Origin: Lama guanicoe
Taxonomy: Eukaryota
Direction of reading: 5' to 3'
NCBI GenBank assembly: GCA_013239625.1
Contig: MU056216.1
Span: forward strand, 4,275,099-4,339,098
DNA length: 64,000 nt
In this document: in pieces, positions 1 through 13,619 of the stretch
How positions within the stretch are numbered: position 1 is the stretch's first letter
Layout: every line of letters starts with the position of its first letter
The notes under the pieces: model-generated
Databases searched by the model: none
What the model was told of the DNA's origin: nothing
What the model saw: the letters and a program-made list of their open reading frames with translations, nothing else
Position numbers and translations under genes: made by a program

Positions 1-54
1 TGTTGGAAATGAGTGGACGATCACTCTTCGAAATACTGCCCAAAGCAAGGTATG

Positions 55-195
55 TGCTATTATTGTCCCCATTTCACAGGTGAGTAGAGTGAGGCAAGGA
101 GGGATTAAGTGACTACCCCAGGTCACCTAGCTACTAAATGTATAATGAATTTGAACTTAGGCAATGTGATCCAGAGGCCACGCTCTTGGCCACTC
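55..195 (-). mobile_element. MIR SINE fragment
   Basis: attgtccccatttcacaggtgag...aagtgactacccaaggtcacctagcta...tccagaggccacgctctt matches the reverse-complement MIR core. Confidence 0.8.
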
Positions 196-1020
196 CAGTC
201 ATTGCCAGATGAATGAAGGCCACATATTAGTAGAATTGAGTCAAAAGTTGAATTTAGAGCATAAATTTTATTGCGCGTGTTGTCCCATGAAAGTCTTGAG
301 GTGACCTACATAACTGGGCCCTGCTGGTAAAAGTGAGCTCAATCATTCATTGAATAAGTAGTGCTCACTCCAAGCCAGACACCAGGAGTAAAAGGATTAT
401 TTCAAAAAGTCCAATGTATCCCATAAGGAATTTTAATTCAAAAGAGTAATGAGTTAATGAGCACATGCCTGAGTTTAATTACAAAGGAGCCTGTGAGTTA
501 ATGAGGGTATGCCTGACTTCTTGATAGAAGGCACGGAAATGAAGGGAGGTATTAAAATTGGCCGAAGACCAAGTTGTGCACCATATAAGCAGCGATCAGG
601 GAACCAATTAATACTGACTTCCCTGTTCCCGAGTGTTCGTTCCTACCCTCCTCCCCCGACCGTGCAGAAGGCTGTCTTTTATCGTGTGTTATTCTCAAAC
701 AAACTAGATCTGTGTAACCATTCTCATTCTTGTCGTGCTTTTCCCTGGAGAACTTTCCATTCTGATGTCACTCTTCTATTTGAATCACTTTTTCTATATT
801 TACCATCTACTAATCCTGCCGGCTTCCTAATTTGGGAGAAAACTATCAGGGTCCCTCCCTTCAAGTTCCACCTGAATCAGAAAGCATTTTCAATAGACTT
901 TCATTTTCTTTTTTACTTTCCTCAGCATTACAATTTTCCTGAAGATAATTTAAGAAAAAGAGAAGCAGGCTGTCTCCTGAACTCGTTCATAGAAGAAGAA
1001 GAATGAAAAGATAGTCAACT

Positions 1021-1184
1021 NNNNNNNNNNNNNNNNNNNNNNNNNNNNNNNNNNNNNNNNNNNNNNNNNNNNNNNNNNNNNNNNNNNNNNNNNNNNNNNN
1101 NNNNNNNNNNNNNNNNNNNNNNNNNNNNNNNNNNNNNNNNNNNNNNNNNNNNNNNNNNNNNNNNNNNNNNNNNNNNNNNNNNNN
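1021..1184. other. Assembly gap (164 N)
   Basis: Run of N. Confidence 1.
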
Positions 1185-1189
1185 GCAGG

Positions 1190-1290
1190 GGATGGTTTTT
1201 TTAATGGGTACAATTTCAGTTTTGCAAGATGAAGAAGTTCTGGAGATGGATGGTGGTGATGGTTGCCCAACAATGTGAATGTATTAACCA
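1190..1290 (+). mobile_element. Old L1 (L1M-type) 3' UTR fragment
   Basis: tttcagttttgcaagatgaagaagttctggagatggatggtggtgatggttgc..caacaatgtgaatgta, typical L1MB/MA 3' end. Confidence 0.75.
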
Positions 1291-1859
1291 ACCAATCAGA
1301 ACAGATGCCAGCGGTGAACAGCTGGCACAGCTATCAGTGTGCAGTGACACACGTGACAGGCACACCGTAGGCCTTGAGGGTTTCCTCAACAAGCACGATG
1401 TCATTTGTTGATTTGCAATAGATTTTAAATAGTATTTTAATTGTATTTTACCAAGAGGATTTTTCAGGAATAGAGTCAAGGATGTTCATAACTTGGTCTC
1501 AACCTATCTTTCCAGCTGTTTTTCAACGTGCCTCCACGTGCACCCACCTACTCAGAATCCTTCAGCAACTGTCTAGCATCCATGGGGTGCTGTGAAGTCA
1601 CACAAAACAAGAGCTTCAGGATCCCAGCATTTCCTTCCTTCTCGTGAGCTGCTCTCTGTCTGGGCGACACTCCCCAATAACAACCTGGAAAACCACCCCA
1701 CTTTCAGTCCAGACCTCCTCTCTGAAGTCTCCCTCGGCTGTCTCCTGCTTACTCCGCACCTCCAGTCAACAATCAAGGAAGAGCTGGCCCCTTTCTCCTC
1801 TGTGCACCCCTAGTGGACCCTGAACACACTTCTGATGCAGTGCCTTTCACATGACACTT

Positions 1860-2080
1860 GTCCTTGTGTCTTCACATGGTCTCTCCTCTGTACGTATTTG
1901 TGTCCTAATTTACTCTTCTTATAAGGACCCCAGTCAGTTGTACTGGATTAGGGCTCACCCTAATGACCTCATTTTAACTTTATTTCCTCTTTAAAGACAC
2001 AATCTCCAAATATAGTTCTTTTCTGAGGGGTCAGGATTTCAACATATGCAATTTGGGGAGGGGCACAACTCATCTCATAA
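1860..2080 (-). mobile_element. MaLR LTR (MLT1-type) fragment
   Basis: tcttcacatggtc..cttcttataaggac..ggattagggctcaccctaatgacctcattttaactt..aatctccaaata..tttcaacatatg..ggggcacaa, reverse of the MLT1 5' part. Confidence 0.75.
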
Positions 2081-2449
2081 TACCCACTTCATGGAGGTTA
2101 CATTCTGGGACCTCACGTGGTGCCCTCCTACCAACACCACATGGCTGTGGCCATGGAAATGGTGGCATGCAATGCCCAGGGGAAGCCTGCAGGCCTTGAC
2201 GTGGACTTCGGGGTGGGGGACCCCTGTGGGACAGTTCATGCTCCCCAGCTCCCACTGGATCATCAGGCTGTTGCTACTCTCCTTTCCCCCTTCTCTCATT
2301 CTCCTTTTCCCCAGAACTCATCCCCGATGGACCTCAGGCTCTGCTTCTAGACGCTTACATATGTAAGACAGTCACATCGTATTACATCTAGAGGCATGTG
2401 ACATATGGTTGACCCACACTTTATGGTGCTAAACTGACCGCTAGCTAAA

Positions 2450-4430
2450 GAAGAAAGCCTGTCCTCTCCATCATGTATTGGTACATTTCATTTAGACATA
2501 GAATCTGTGGTGTTATTTGGAGCAATACAAATGTCTAGTTCCCCATCAATCATTCATCTATTGGTTTTGAAAAATACATAGAAAAAATGCGAAAAATATC
2601 CTTAGGAATGTGAAATAGTGGCTTCTCTCTGATTCCATCACTCCTTGTGCATATATCAGCCAAAGTTCTTCTGCAAAGCTTTCCCACATCAGCTGGGGCT
2701 GTTCGGTAATTTGGTCTACAGTTTCTAAGTGGAAGGCAGTATACATTGTTCATTCTTTAAATTCCCCTTTAATTTTCAAATATTTCTTTAATTTTCAAAT
2801 TTTCAGAGATGTTAATAGCCTTAATTGTACTTTCAATGGTGACCAATGAGTTTTTCTGTCTTTTAAAATTGTTAGTATCATTATGGATTCATGGATTTTA
2901 GAGATTGAATAGATTTCAATTAACCACAAATGTTATTCTTTTTGATGGTCAAATTCTCACAGTTTTGGTCAGCGGGAACCTACTCAGATTGGCTCCTTTT
3001 GACATGACAAGACAGTGTCCTTGATTTCTGGAAAACCATGTCCCAGGTTCAGTTTGTACCTTCCTTTTCCTAGACCTAGAAGCAGTCATTTATCAGTGGA
3101 CCCCTGGTTCATCTCAGTAGAGGATAAGGGACTAAGACCTATGCACAGGGATATTCGTGGCTTCTGGGATACTGTTGCTCTCAGTCCATTACAATAAGCA
3201 GAGGTATGCCATGAATACCTTTTAAAGTCATGAGTTCATGAACATTTTTTAAATTTAAATTTAATATTACATAGCATTTTATGTGTCTTGCTTGATTTTA
3301 TAATTGTAATTTCTTTTCTTTTACACTGAAAATCTTAATTCTGAATATCACAATTACTTATATGCTTTGTCATATAATAAAGTTTCAAAATAACAATACC
3401 AGCACTACTGAAAAAATAAAACTACCAAGCTGAAATTCCAAATTTCTCTGTAGTTCTTTTTGTCCTTAGATTACAGCCTCCTAAGGAGACAGAGTCAAAA
3501 CATTGTACTCTAAAGTTAGTTGAAATAAACCCTTCCTCCTCTGTACTGATATAGTACTATTTGATATATGGTTATGCTCATGTGTTTGTTCCCAATTTTA
3601 AGAATTTTTTTTCAGAATAAGTAATGTATTTACATCACTCAAAGACCAAAACCTCCTAGAAAGGTATTCACAAAGGGGCCTTGCTTCTATCCCTGCCTCC
3701 TCCGTTGTTCCCATCCTAAATAACCATTTTATTAACTTGATGTTTTTCATCAAGTATTTGTGCAAACATAAACAAGTTTATAGGTATATATTCTTCCTTC
3801 TTATACAATATGTAGGAATACTCTGTACCTTGTTGTATTTCACTTCATATATCTTGGAGCTCTCTTCATATCAGCACGTGGAAGCCTTTGCTCAGTTTTT
3901 ATAGCTGTGTAGTACTCTGATGTGTGGATATGCTGTAGTTTATTCAAATTGTTCCCTATTGCTGGAAAATTGGATTATTTCCAATCATTTGTAGTTACAA
4001 AGGGCACCCTAATGAACTGAATAACCTTTGCGAGCATCACTGTTTACCTGTAGAAGTACACCTGTGGGGCAGACTTCTAGGAAGGGAATTGCTGAGTGTA
4101 TAGGTAAATGCATCTATAATTTCATTAGACACTAACCAATTCACCTCTCTAGGGGCTGTGACATTTTGTGCTCCTATCAGCACTGTATAAGCGGGCTTAA
4201 TTTCTTTGAGTTTTGCTAACAGAAGGTACTGTTAAAATTTGTGTTTTTGCCAAGCTGATAGGAGAGAAATGCAATATTTATTTTCATTTGCATTTCCCTA
4301 TCATTGAGGTTGGAATTTTTTTCATATGTTAAAGGGTCATTTGCACTTGTCTGCAATTAATTTATTCACATTCTTTGGCCATTTGTTAGGCTGTTGATCT
4401 TTTTCTGCCTGATTTGAGAAGCACTTTGTA
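2450..4430 (-). mobile_element. Degenerate old L1 (L1MC/L1ME-type) 3' fragments
   Basis: T-rich strand with recognisable L1 3' segments (catgtcccaggttcagtttgtacc.., ttttatagctgtgtagtactc.., gaattgctgagtg.., catttgcatttccc). Confidence 0.6.
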
Positions 4431-4689
4431 AAATGAGCACAGTGGGTTTAGCAGGAACAAAACAGAGTCTGCCTTCCAAGGCTGACTTCCCATGAATGAT
4501 CCCTTTCTATGACTAGTGCTTCTAGAAAGAATTCTCTTCTCTCAATACAGAGACTGAGGCCACGGGCAGTGATGATTAATTATGTTGCCACTGTCTTCAT
4601 TTGTGAGCAGTTTTCCAATTTGACCTACTCTTCCAGGAAAATAATCTATCTTCCTAATGGAATAAATCAATTTCCAAAAGTAGAGGGAT

Positions 4690-5010
4690 GTGTACTCTTG
4701 CAATTATAAAAAAAAAATCCTGCTCTCAGAAATATTTAGAGAAATGGGGAAATTTTTGTGATACATTATTAAAAGAAAAGGCAAGCCACAAAGATTATGC
4801 ACAACATAAAACCAATTGTTTAGAATATATCTACCTGTAAGGGAAGGAAAAAGATTGGAAGACTTTACCCCAAAATGTGCACTGTGGTTACCTCTGAGTG
4901 TTGGGATTATGGATGATTTTAATTTTCTTCTTCTATTTTCCAGTATTTTTAAACAATGAACATGTATTACTTTGAAAAGTAACAAGAATGGTAACACTAT
5001 TTTTAAAAAT
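4690..5010 (+). mobile_element. L1ME-type 3' terminus
   Basis: gtggttacctctgagtgttgggattatggatgatttt...aatgaacatgtattactttg. Confidence 0.6.
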
Positions 5011-5509
5011 AATAAGTATTGAACAAAATTTAAGCTAAACTCCACATCTCAAGTGAACAGAAGCTGTTGATTTGGCGCAAAGTATGGAGCGGGAAGCTTA
5101 TCCTTTCCAACTCTGTGAGTTCATTAATGCTGAGGACCGATTTATTTTCAGTGCCCGATCACATTTAGCAACAATAATCTCATTTATTATCTCCTCCAGA
5201 GACTGTAACGTTTCCTTGGAGTAGCAAACATTTTATGAATTGTGAATCACTGAGGATCCCAAGATTTGAGGTGAGAAACTTCCACCAACTCATCTAAACC
5301 AACTCCATTTGAACTTCAAATTTCTAATCAGGGCACATTCACTTTCTAGGCACTCAAGACCTATCCTTACTTCCCCCATCTTCATCCCTTGCCACCACTT
5401 GACCACCTGCCGAATCTCTCTTGGAAATACCCCTTGTGGCTTTCTATTCCTCCCTGACTTCCTTGCGACAATACCAGTCACGACTTGGACTATCTGCTGC
5501 TTCCATTAT

Positions 5510-7035
5510 TATAGCGCCAGAAAAGAATGGCTAAAAAACAAGGAATCAGGACACTTAGAATGACTAAGTAAGGGGACAGATGGATTTAGAGCCCCCCAAC
5601 TCCTCATCTCCAAAGAATCGTCAAGAGTTGACTTGTCTGGCAGTTCACTGAAACGCTCCACCCCTAGGACTTGTCTTTATTTGACCTGACTTAATGCTGA
5701 GTTTGTGCAAACAGGGCTAAGCCTCAGGGCATCTGTCAAAAAAAAAAAAATAGTGGTAATTGTTTATCACAGCTGCCTGGGGCAGTGTTACCAGTTGGAG
5801 CTAATAAAAGGCTGACCAATAACTTAAAAACTGGAGAGTAAGATGGAGGCTTTGAAAAGTTCTGACATATTTCTGGGAATCTGGAAGGTCACATGCGTGT
5901 GAGTGTACACATACCCAAAAAGCCCAGAGGAGGCCATGATTTCTCACCTCCCGCTGACCTTGAGGCCCTGCACAAGGCAGAATTGTAAACTACCTGCATG
6001 AGCACTGAAGGCATGTCCCGACACACACAGACACACACACACACACACACACACACAAGGCCCTTCAGCAAAGGGGGGGAGACCTACTAGTTCAAGGAGC
6101 GCTCTTAGTTCATCATCAGCTGACCACCAAGCTAACCCAGCAGACTTCAGTGGCCACACACAACAAAAAATACAGACTTTGCAGAATTAATCCAGGCAAG
6201 CCACTAAACAAACAGCAACAACTAAAACAACAACAAACCTGAGGAGGGGGAGTCTCATTCCCAGAGTTGCCACATTGTATCATTTGTAACATAACTATAT
6301 TATTTTAAACATCTACTTTGAACAAAAATGTATGAGACGTGCAAAGAAACAAGAAAAAATGGCTTGTACACAGGGGGGAAAACAGCCAATAACTATTTTC
6401 TGAGTTACTTTCTTTTTGGTTAAAGACTCTGTGAGGAAGTACAGATGTTGTACTAAACCAAGATATTACATCAGTTATGAATATGATCAAAGGACTGGAA
6501 GAAAGCATGCCTAAAGAGTTAAAGGCAAGCATGAGAATGCTGTATCACCAAACGGAGAGTATCAATAGACAGAAATTATGTTTTAAAAAGAACCATATAG
6601 AAATTCTGGTGTTAAAAATAAAAAAGAGAGGGGCTCACAGCAGCTTTGAAGTGGTAAAACAAAGAATCAGTGAACTTGAAGGCAGGTCAACAAAGACTAT
6701 CCAGTCTAGGCAATAGGGAGAAAGCAGAATGAAGAGAGATGAGCAGAGCCTCGGAGGCCTGTGGGGCACCAGGAAGCTGCTACCATACGTGTACTAGGAA
6801 TCCTAGAAGGAGAGGAGGGAAACAAAGAGGAAGAAGCAGTATTTGAAGAAATAACGAAAAGCATCTCAAATTAGAGGGAAATCTGTATCAAATCTGTACA
6901 TCTAAGAAGCTCAACAAACTCTAAGTAGTATAAACTCAAAGAAGCCCACATTTAGATACATCATAGTCAAACTGTCAAAAGACAAGAGACGAGAGGGAAT
7001 CCTGAAAGCAGCAAGAGACATGATTCCTCACATAG
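5510..7035 (+). mobile_element. Old L1 5' region plus degenerate ORF1
   Basis: ORF1-like remnants (agaatcagtgaacttgaa, gaagctcaacaaactc, catcatagtcaaactg, atcctgaaagcagcaagaga); ORF 6477-6716 translates to an ORF1p-like coiled-coil segment; many frameshifts and stops. Confidence 0.75.
6021..6057. repeat. (CA)n microsatellite, one interruption
   Basis: acacacacagacacacacac... Confidence 0.95.
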
Positions 7036-7697
7036 GAGCCCCCAGTGGGAGGTGATTTCCCAGAAGCCTGCTCCTGGACACAATCCAGGTAGAATGTGAG
7101 GTGACAATCATTTGTGAGTCATCAACAGGGCCAGCCTATTGGTGAAGTCAAAGATGGAAGATGAGGTCTTCCAAACCCTTCAAGTTCTGTCTCATTTGGG
7201 GCCCCACCTTGGCCCTCTCCACCCCGTGAGTCAGAACTGAGAGGGGATGGGGGTGGGGTGGGGTGGTCATTGCAGACAGTGTTAGGGGAGCCTGTGAAAA
7301 CGACATCACTAGGGATCTGATGTGACAATGACCGCCTGCCCTCTGCAGGCTGCAGGACCTGCCCAGTTGGGAAACAGCTAAGCCGTAAGTAACTGTTGGC
7401 TTTAGATTGGATAGTACTGGTTCTAAGCATAGCGTGCTACATAACATTTCCTTTAAATATTAGTTCCTAGCTTTGGAATATAAGATTGAGGATTAAGTGT
7501 GTTTCTTTGATTCATGCTTTTATATTTATAGAGACACATTAAACAGTTTTTACTGTTTAATGTTTACTTTATATCTAAATACTTACCTACATATTTGATA
7601 TTGTATTTATTTTACCTCTTTCTCAAAGATAATTTAAGTGGCCATGAGAAAAACTTTGGAGATAAATTTTTTCCAAAATTCTAACCCAGAACGCTTG

Positions 7698-8740
7698 CCA
7701 TTCATTCAGCTGACGTTTACTGAACATCTATTATGTACCAGACATTGTGTGGGATGCTGGATACAGAGACGGGAGATGAAGTGTTTTTAGCCGGACAGGA
7801 GGGGCATAAGCCCAGTCTGAACTTGGTGGGGGAGTTTCAGGAGAAGCTGCCTTGGAGAGGGAACTCCTTATCTGAGTCTTGACGCATTAACTGGAGGAAG
7901 TGGACTTAAGCAAGACTAGCCGGAGAGAGAGAACAGCATGGCATGGAATTGAGGAAAACTTGGCACGTTTGAGGAATTCCAGGTGGCCAGAGTTTAAGGC
8001 ATCAGGGGAGACGGCTAAAATGGTTTGTAGGGGCAGGTTGTGATTGTCCTGGCGTGCACTTACAGGAGACTGAAAATGACACAAAATGGAATTATTCCTA
8101 TTTATTGAGCACTTGCTGTGTGCCAGGCACTGTGCTAGGCACTCAACATACCCAATTTATTCCTCATAGGAGCTCTGGGATAAAGTATACTCTGTTGGGA
8201 AAAGGAGTCCACAAAGAGACTGGGAAAGAACCATCAGGGAGGCAGGAGGAGAACAGAATGGCCTGGTGTTGTAGGTGTCAAGAGGGATTCATGCCAGATG
8301 CTGCCGAGAGGTCAGTAGGATAAGGACTAAACAGCTAGCAGGTCAGTGGTGATCTCAGCAGGTTTCAGGGGAGTTGGGGGAGTTGCTGTAGGATGAGGGT
8401 GCAGATGCAACCCAGGAATCGTGCTCGGATTGTAGGCTGCTCTTCTAAGAAGTCTGTTTAAGGAGAAGAGGGCTAGCAAGCAGCTAGTAGAGGGAGTTAG
8501 AGGATTCTGTTTTGGGTTGGTTGGTTTTAGGATGAGAGAGACCTGAGCATGCCTGAGTGCTGAGAGCTGAGAATGAGCAGAGGGAGGAGTGGGGAGACCC
8601 GTGAGTGAGGGACCACGGAGGAAACAAGGTCACCCTGAAGCGGGGAGGAGACGGGAGGAGGCCTGGCCTTGGCCAGGAGCCCAGAGGAGGGCATTAGAGA
8701 TGGATGTGGGTGTCAGCTGGGTGAGCTGGAAGCTGAGGAT
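7698..8740 (-). mobile_element. L2 LINE fragments (with a short MIR/L2 tail near 8095-8150)
   Basis: cattcattcagctgacgtttactgaacatctattatgtaccagacattgtg (reverse L2 3' end) followed by purine-rich L2-like body. Confidence 0.65.
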
Positions 8741-8879
8741 GTTCTTGCTTGTTCTGTTTTCTCCCCAAGTAGGAACGAAGATTCTCTGAGGAAAGGGCTG
8801 TCCCTCTATACTTGACTCATAATTTGTGTATTTCTATGATATATTTATTCAGCAAGTGTCATAAGCAGATTTCTCCTAC

Positions 8880-9255
8880 TGTTGCCTAAGCGGGGAGTTA
8901 GATCCAAGGGAGAAATCGTATACGCTGAGATCTGAGTGCTAACTGACCCACAGCTTGTAGTCTGTCCTGTTCTCAAGGGGCTCCATGGCCTGAGCTAGCG
9001 GCCCTGAATTGACTTCTCCACTCAGCTCTCTTCTTGATAAATGCAGACACGCGCTGTTCCTTTGCAGGGAGCAGCCCTAAAAAGAAAGCCCGCCCGAGGC
9101 GACAATCCGTGTTAGACCTGCGGAAAATGTGAGGCCACGAAAGGCCAGAGAAACCTGGACAGGGTGAAACGTAGAACTGGGCGATAGTTGGCATCTGTGG
9201 CGAAAGGAAAAGGAAACTCACTGAGTTCCCTAGTTCGAGCAAGCGTGCTAACGGC
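8880..9255 (+). promoter_or_regulatory. CCDC70: Probable CCDC70 promoter / non-coding exon 1
   Basis: Unique, locally CpG-enriched segment between repeats; GC box CCCGCCC at 9089-9095; candidate donor GGC|GTAAGA at 9256; ~3.5 kb upstream of the coding exon, consistent with the two-exon structure I recall for CCDC70. Boundaries are inferred. Confidence 0.4.
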
Positions 9256-9776
9256 GTAAGAAATAAAGCTCCAGCAGAATTTGGAAGGTGGCCACTTTGG
9301 GCGTTGGGGTATGTCCAGGAACCACTGCAGGAGAAAGTCAGAAGCCTGCACAAACGTTTCCTTATTGTGCAGGGGACACACTGGGGACAGACAGGTCTCA
9401 CACATGAAAGGGGACTTTCAGGAACCGTATTTTGTTGTTTGTTGAAAATACATAGTTATTATCTTTAGTGATAACATTCAGTGTTTTTAAATTGCTTTTT
9501 AGTGTAAGTGTCTGTACAGTTTCCTCCAGCAGGAGGGGTGTATGAGGAGAGGAGAGGTTTCATTTCAAATGAGTGACCGAGTTGCTAACGTTCTCAATCA
9601 GTCCAGTGCTTGATGCAGATTCTCCCTCTTAGACACACACACACACACACACTCACAGTGAAAACATCAGCCTGACGGTGTTCACAAGTAGCATTGCTTG
9701 ACTGCACAACATACTTCTAAACATGACCTTTGCCTTTCCAAGTCTTGACTTAATCTACTTAGATATTTTTATAGGG

Positions 9777-10090
9777 TTTTTTTTTAATTGCAGTAGAAAT
9801 TAACACAACGTTGAGTTAATTTCTAGTGTACAGCATAGTGATTCAGTTAACCATATATATAATTCCTATTCATATTCTTTTTAATTATAGGCTATTACAA
9901 GATATTGAATATAGTTCCCTGTGCTATACAGTAGGACCTTGCTGTTTATCTATTTTATATACAGTAGTTAGGATCTATAAATCTTGAACTCCCAATTTAT
10001 CCCTCCCCACCTCCTTCCCCTCTGGTAACCATAAGTTTGTTTTCTATGTCTACGGTTCTAATTTTGTAAATAAGTTCATTTGTGTCTTTT
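9777..10090 (-). mobile_element. Young L1 3' end (5'-truncated), cetartiodactyl type
   Basis: Poly-T then ..gatattgaatatagttccctgtgctatacagtaggacc..gaactcccaatttatccc..ggtaaccataagtttgttttctatgtc; reverse complement of the L1 ends at 17.7-18.0 kb and 38.4-39.2 kb. Confidence 0.9.
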
Positions 10091-10115
10091 TAAAAAATAG
10101 GTCTTTAACTTATTC

Positions 10116-10260
10116 ATGTAATAAAATGGGGTTGATCGGGGCACCTACCCCACAAGGTACCTATCTTACAGTGTGAAGGGATTAAGCAGGTCACACAGGT
10201 AAAGTGCCCTACATTAAAGGGCTGAATAAATGTGCAGGTAGGAATTGTTATTACGAATTA
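10116..10260 (+). mobile_element. MIR 3' part
   Basis: aaaatggggttgat..cacctacc..gggattaag..taaagtgcc..aataaatgt. Confidence 0.6.
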
Positions 10261-10509
10261 TAGTTAGAGGGCTGGCTGTCGCTGACGGCTATCTGACAAC
10301 TCTAGTTGACCCTGAGGCTTTGTTCACAGCTACCTAACCCACTTCAGCAAACACCTGAGTGTGTTCTCACAGCAGAAAGAAATGTAAGGACTTGAAGGAG
10401 GTGCTTTCTCCCACCTCAAGATACCAACAGTCACATAAATAGTAGGAACAAGACAACCACACTACACTGTGAGTAGTCGAAGTTGCAAAACTCAACAAAA
10501 CTCAGTTTA

Positions 10510-11260
10510 CGTCAACCAACATTTTTGCCAATGACCCCGGATATGCACAGCTTTGTATTAGATGCTGGGTTACTGGGCGTCTAACAGCAGCAAGGCGGGT
10601 CCACATCTGATTTCAATGAAGTGTGACAAGTAAACGTCAGAGTATGCAGGGACAGGTAGCATCAAGGAGGTGGTGATAAACTTTGACTGGAGGGTCTCAG
10701 GAGCTTTCAGAGGGGAAGGGATGAGCAGGAGTTCAAGCCCACAACAGGAGGAGGTCATCTCAGCAGAGGACACAGTATGTTCCCTGGTGTAGACGCTGCA
10801 AACTGCAGGTCGTGTCCAGAGAATGAAGCTACTGAGGCTTAGCTTCAGAGCTGAGTGGACACTGGGTAGAAAGTGAAGGGGGAGAAAGCAGGGGTCAGGC
10901 TGCAGAGGGTCTCAGTCAGACGTTTGGATTTGGCCTTTGGGCCAGGGGGTTTTCGAAGGTTTGTGAGCAGGTGGGATGTGATGGGCAGTGTTTTAGAACC
11001 ACCCCTGGGGCTACAGTGCAGGGATGGACAAAATCAATACTATCCACCAGTTAGGCTGTTACAGTCATTCTGGCCTGAGCTGGCTGTGGTCAAGGAGATG
11101 GAGCAGAGGGTGTGGGTTCAAGAAATGTTACAGATCCTAAGGGGGAGGACTTGATCATTAATTGAAAGTCTTTGAGGAAGGAGTCAAGGTTGAGCTCCAG
11201 GCTTCTGGCTTGTGTGACTGGGTGGATGGTGATGCCACCAGCTGTCCACAGCGTAGCTCC
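10510..11260 (-). mobile_element. L2 LINE fragment
   Basis: caaccaacatttttg..ctttgtattagatgctggg; tcaaggttgagctccaggcttctggcttgtgtgactgggtggatggtgatgcc. Confidence 0.65.
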
Positions 11261-11619
11261 CATGTCTTCACTGTGCGCACACACACCCCCCCCCAGCTAT
11301 GCGTCCTTCCTTCTCCCCAACTCCCGGCTCCCAAGTCAGAAAGTAGAAAAAGGAGAAAGCCAGGAAATCTGAAGGTGCTCCACGACATGGTACTTGGTGG
11401 GACCCACTGAGAGAGGCCACACCCTGGCAGCTGCTTCCAGAAAGCTCAACGTGCAAATTGATGCCCTTGCCACGCATATGTATTATGTACCCCTTGTCTT
11501 CCATGCACTGCCCCACCTCCAGAATTCTTCCTCATCTCTTAACCCACCTTTTGTTGTTCCTGGAACTTTTGTGGATGGTTCTGATATCTGATACCTCAGA
11601 TAATGGCAGTGGTTGGAAA

Positions 11620-12200
11620 TCTCCCTCCCCCCTTCCCCTCCTTCCTTCCCTCCTTCCTCCCTTTCTTCTCTCCTTTCTTTCTATCTTTCTCCCTAGCTTT
11701 TATTTTACTGTGAAACACAATGCATTTACTGGAGCACATAAAACATCCATTTCCAACTTAGCACATTTTTATAATGAACACACATGCAACTGCCACCAAG
11801 TAAAGCAACACAGTCCTACTCGCCCCTCGGAAGCCCCTCTCATGTCCTCACTGAATCACAGCCTTTAATATCCTACCTCCCCACCCCTCCCTCACACACA
11901 AGTAATTACTCTCTTGACCTAATGGGACTCACTTACTTGCTTGTCTTTTTTGTGTTCTCACCCAAGTGTATTTCCTTGAACAAGAGAGTTTCATTTTGCC
12001 TGTTTTGGAACTCTCTCTTTCGAACTCATTGATCCTGCTTCTTTCTTTCACCATTATGTCTACAAGAGTCACCCACGTTCTTCCACGTGGTTATGCTGTC
12101 CTTGCACGAATACACCCCCCACGTTTTAATTCCGTTCTATTGTTGTGGTCATTGGATTGCTTACACTCCCAGATACATACCCGGTGGAAACTTTTGAACT
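11620..12200 (-). mobile_element. CT-rich low-complexity tract followed by an old L1ME-type 3' end
   Basis: (cttc/cctc)-rich 11620-11695, then ttttattttactgtgaaac..catgcaactgccacc.., cttctttctttcaccattatgtc. Confidence 0.55.
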
Positions 12201-12588
12201 GTGACCAAGTTACAGGCACAGGAATGTTCAGGCCGCTCTGTTCGTAACAACTCAGTGGGTCTCGTCTTCTGTTTCCCATGTGGCTTGTTAACAGAGGACA
12301 CGCACACATTCTCTGCTGGGAGCACGCCCATCAGAAGGTTATAAGCAATTCCCAAGTGAGAGAGCCAACACTTTCAATGTATTTTGGTGGATTTAACACA
12401 CATCACTTTGGGGCTGTGTACCTGATTATTTCAAAGCAAAACATTACTGACACATCTCAAGTGGTCACGTCACACTCATCTGTTCAGACACCCTCGTTGA
12501 GAGCCACTGCCCTTGTTGGCTGATAGTCTGTTATTTTGGCAGCCTTGAGCATGAATGTATTGACCACCTCTTCAGCCCAAAGTGATGA

Positions 12589-13497
<909 letters not shown>

Positions 13498-13613
13498 GCA
13501 CAGGAGGTGCGGGCCACGGGGTTCAGACTCTGCAGGATTGGGACGCAAGTCCAGGGTGACCCCAGGTGCTGAAGGAAATATGCTCTTATTTGTCTCCTGG
13601 CTTCAAAAGATCT

Positions 13614-13619
13614 AATAAA
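13614..13619 (+). terminator. CCDC70: CCDC70 polyadenylation signal
   Basis: AATAAA ~116 nt after the stop codon, followed by GT/T-rich sequence. Confidence 0.75.

Noticed and set aside
1-8800. TMEM272 or another gene upstream of CCDC70
   Set aside because: No recognisable coding exon; the region is mostly repeats, and the gene probably lies left of the window
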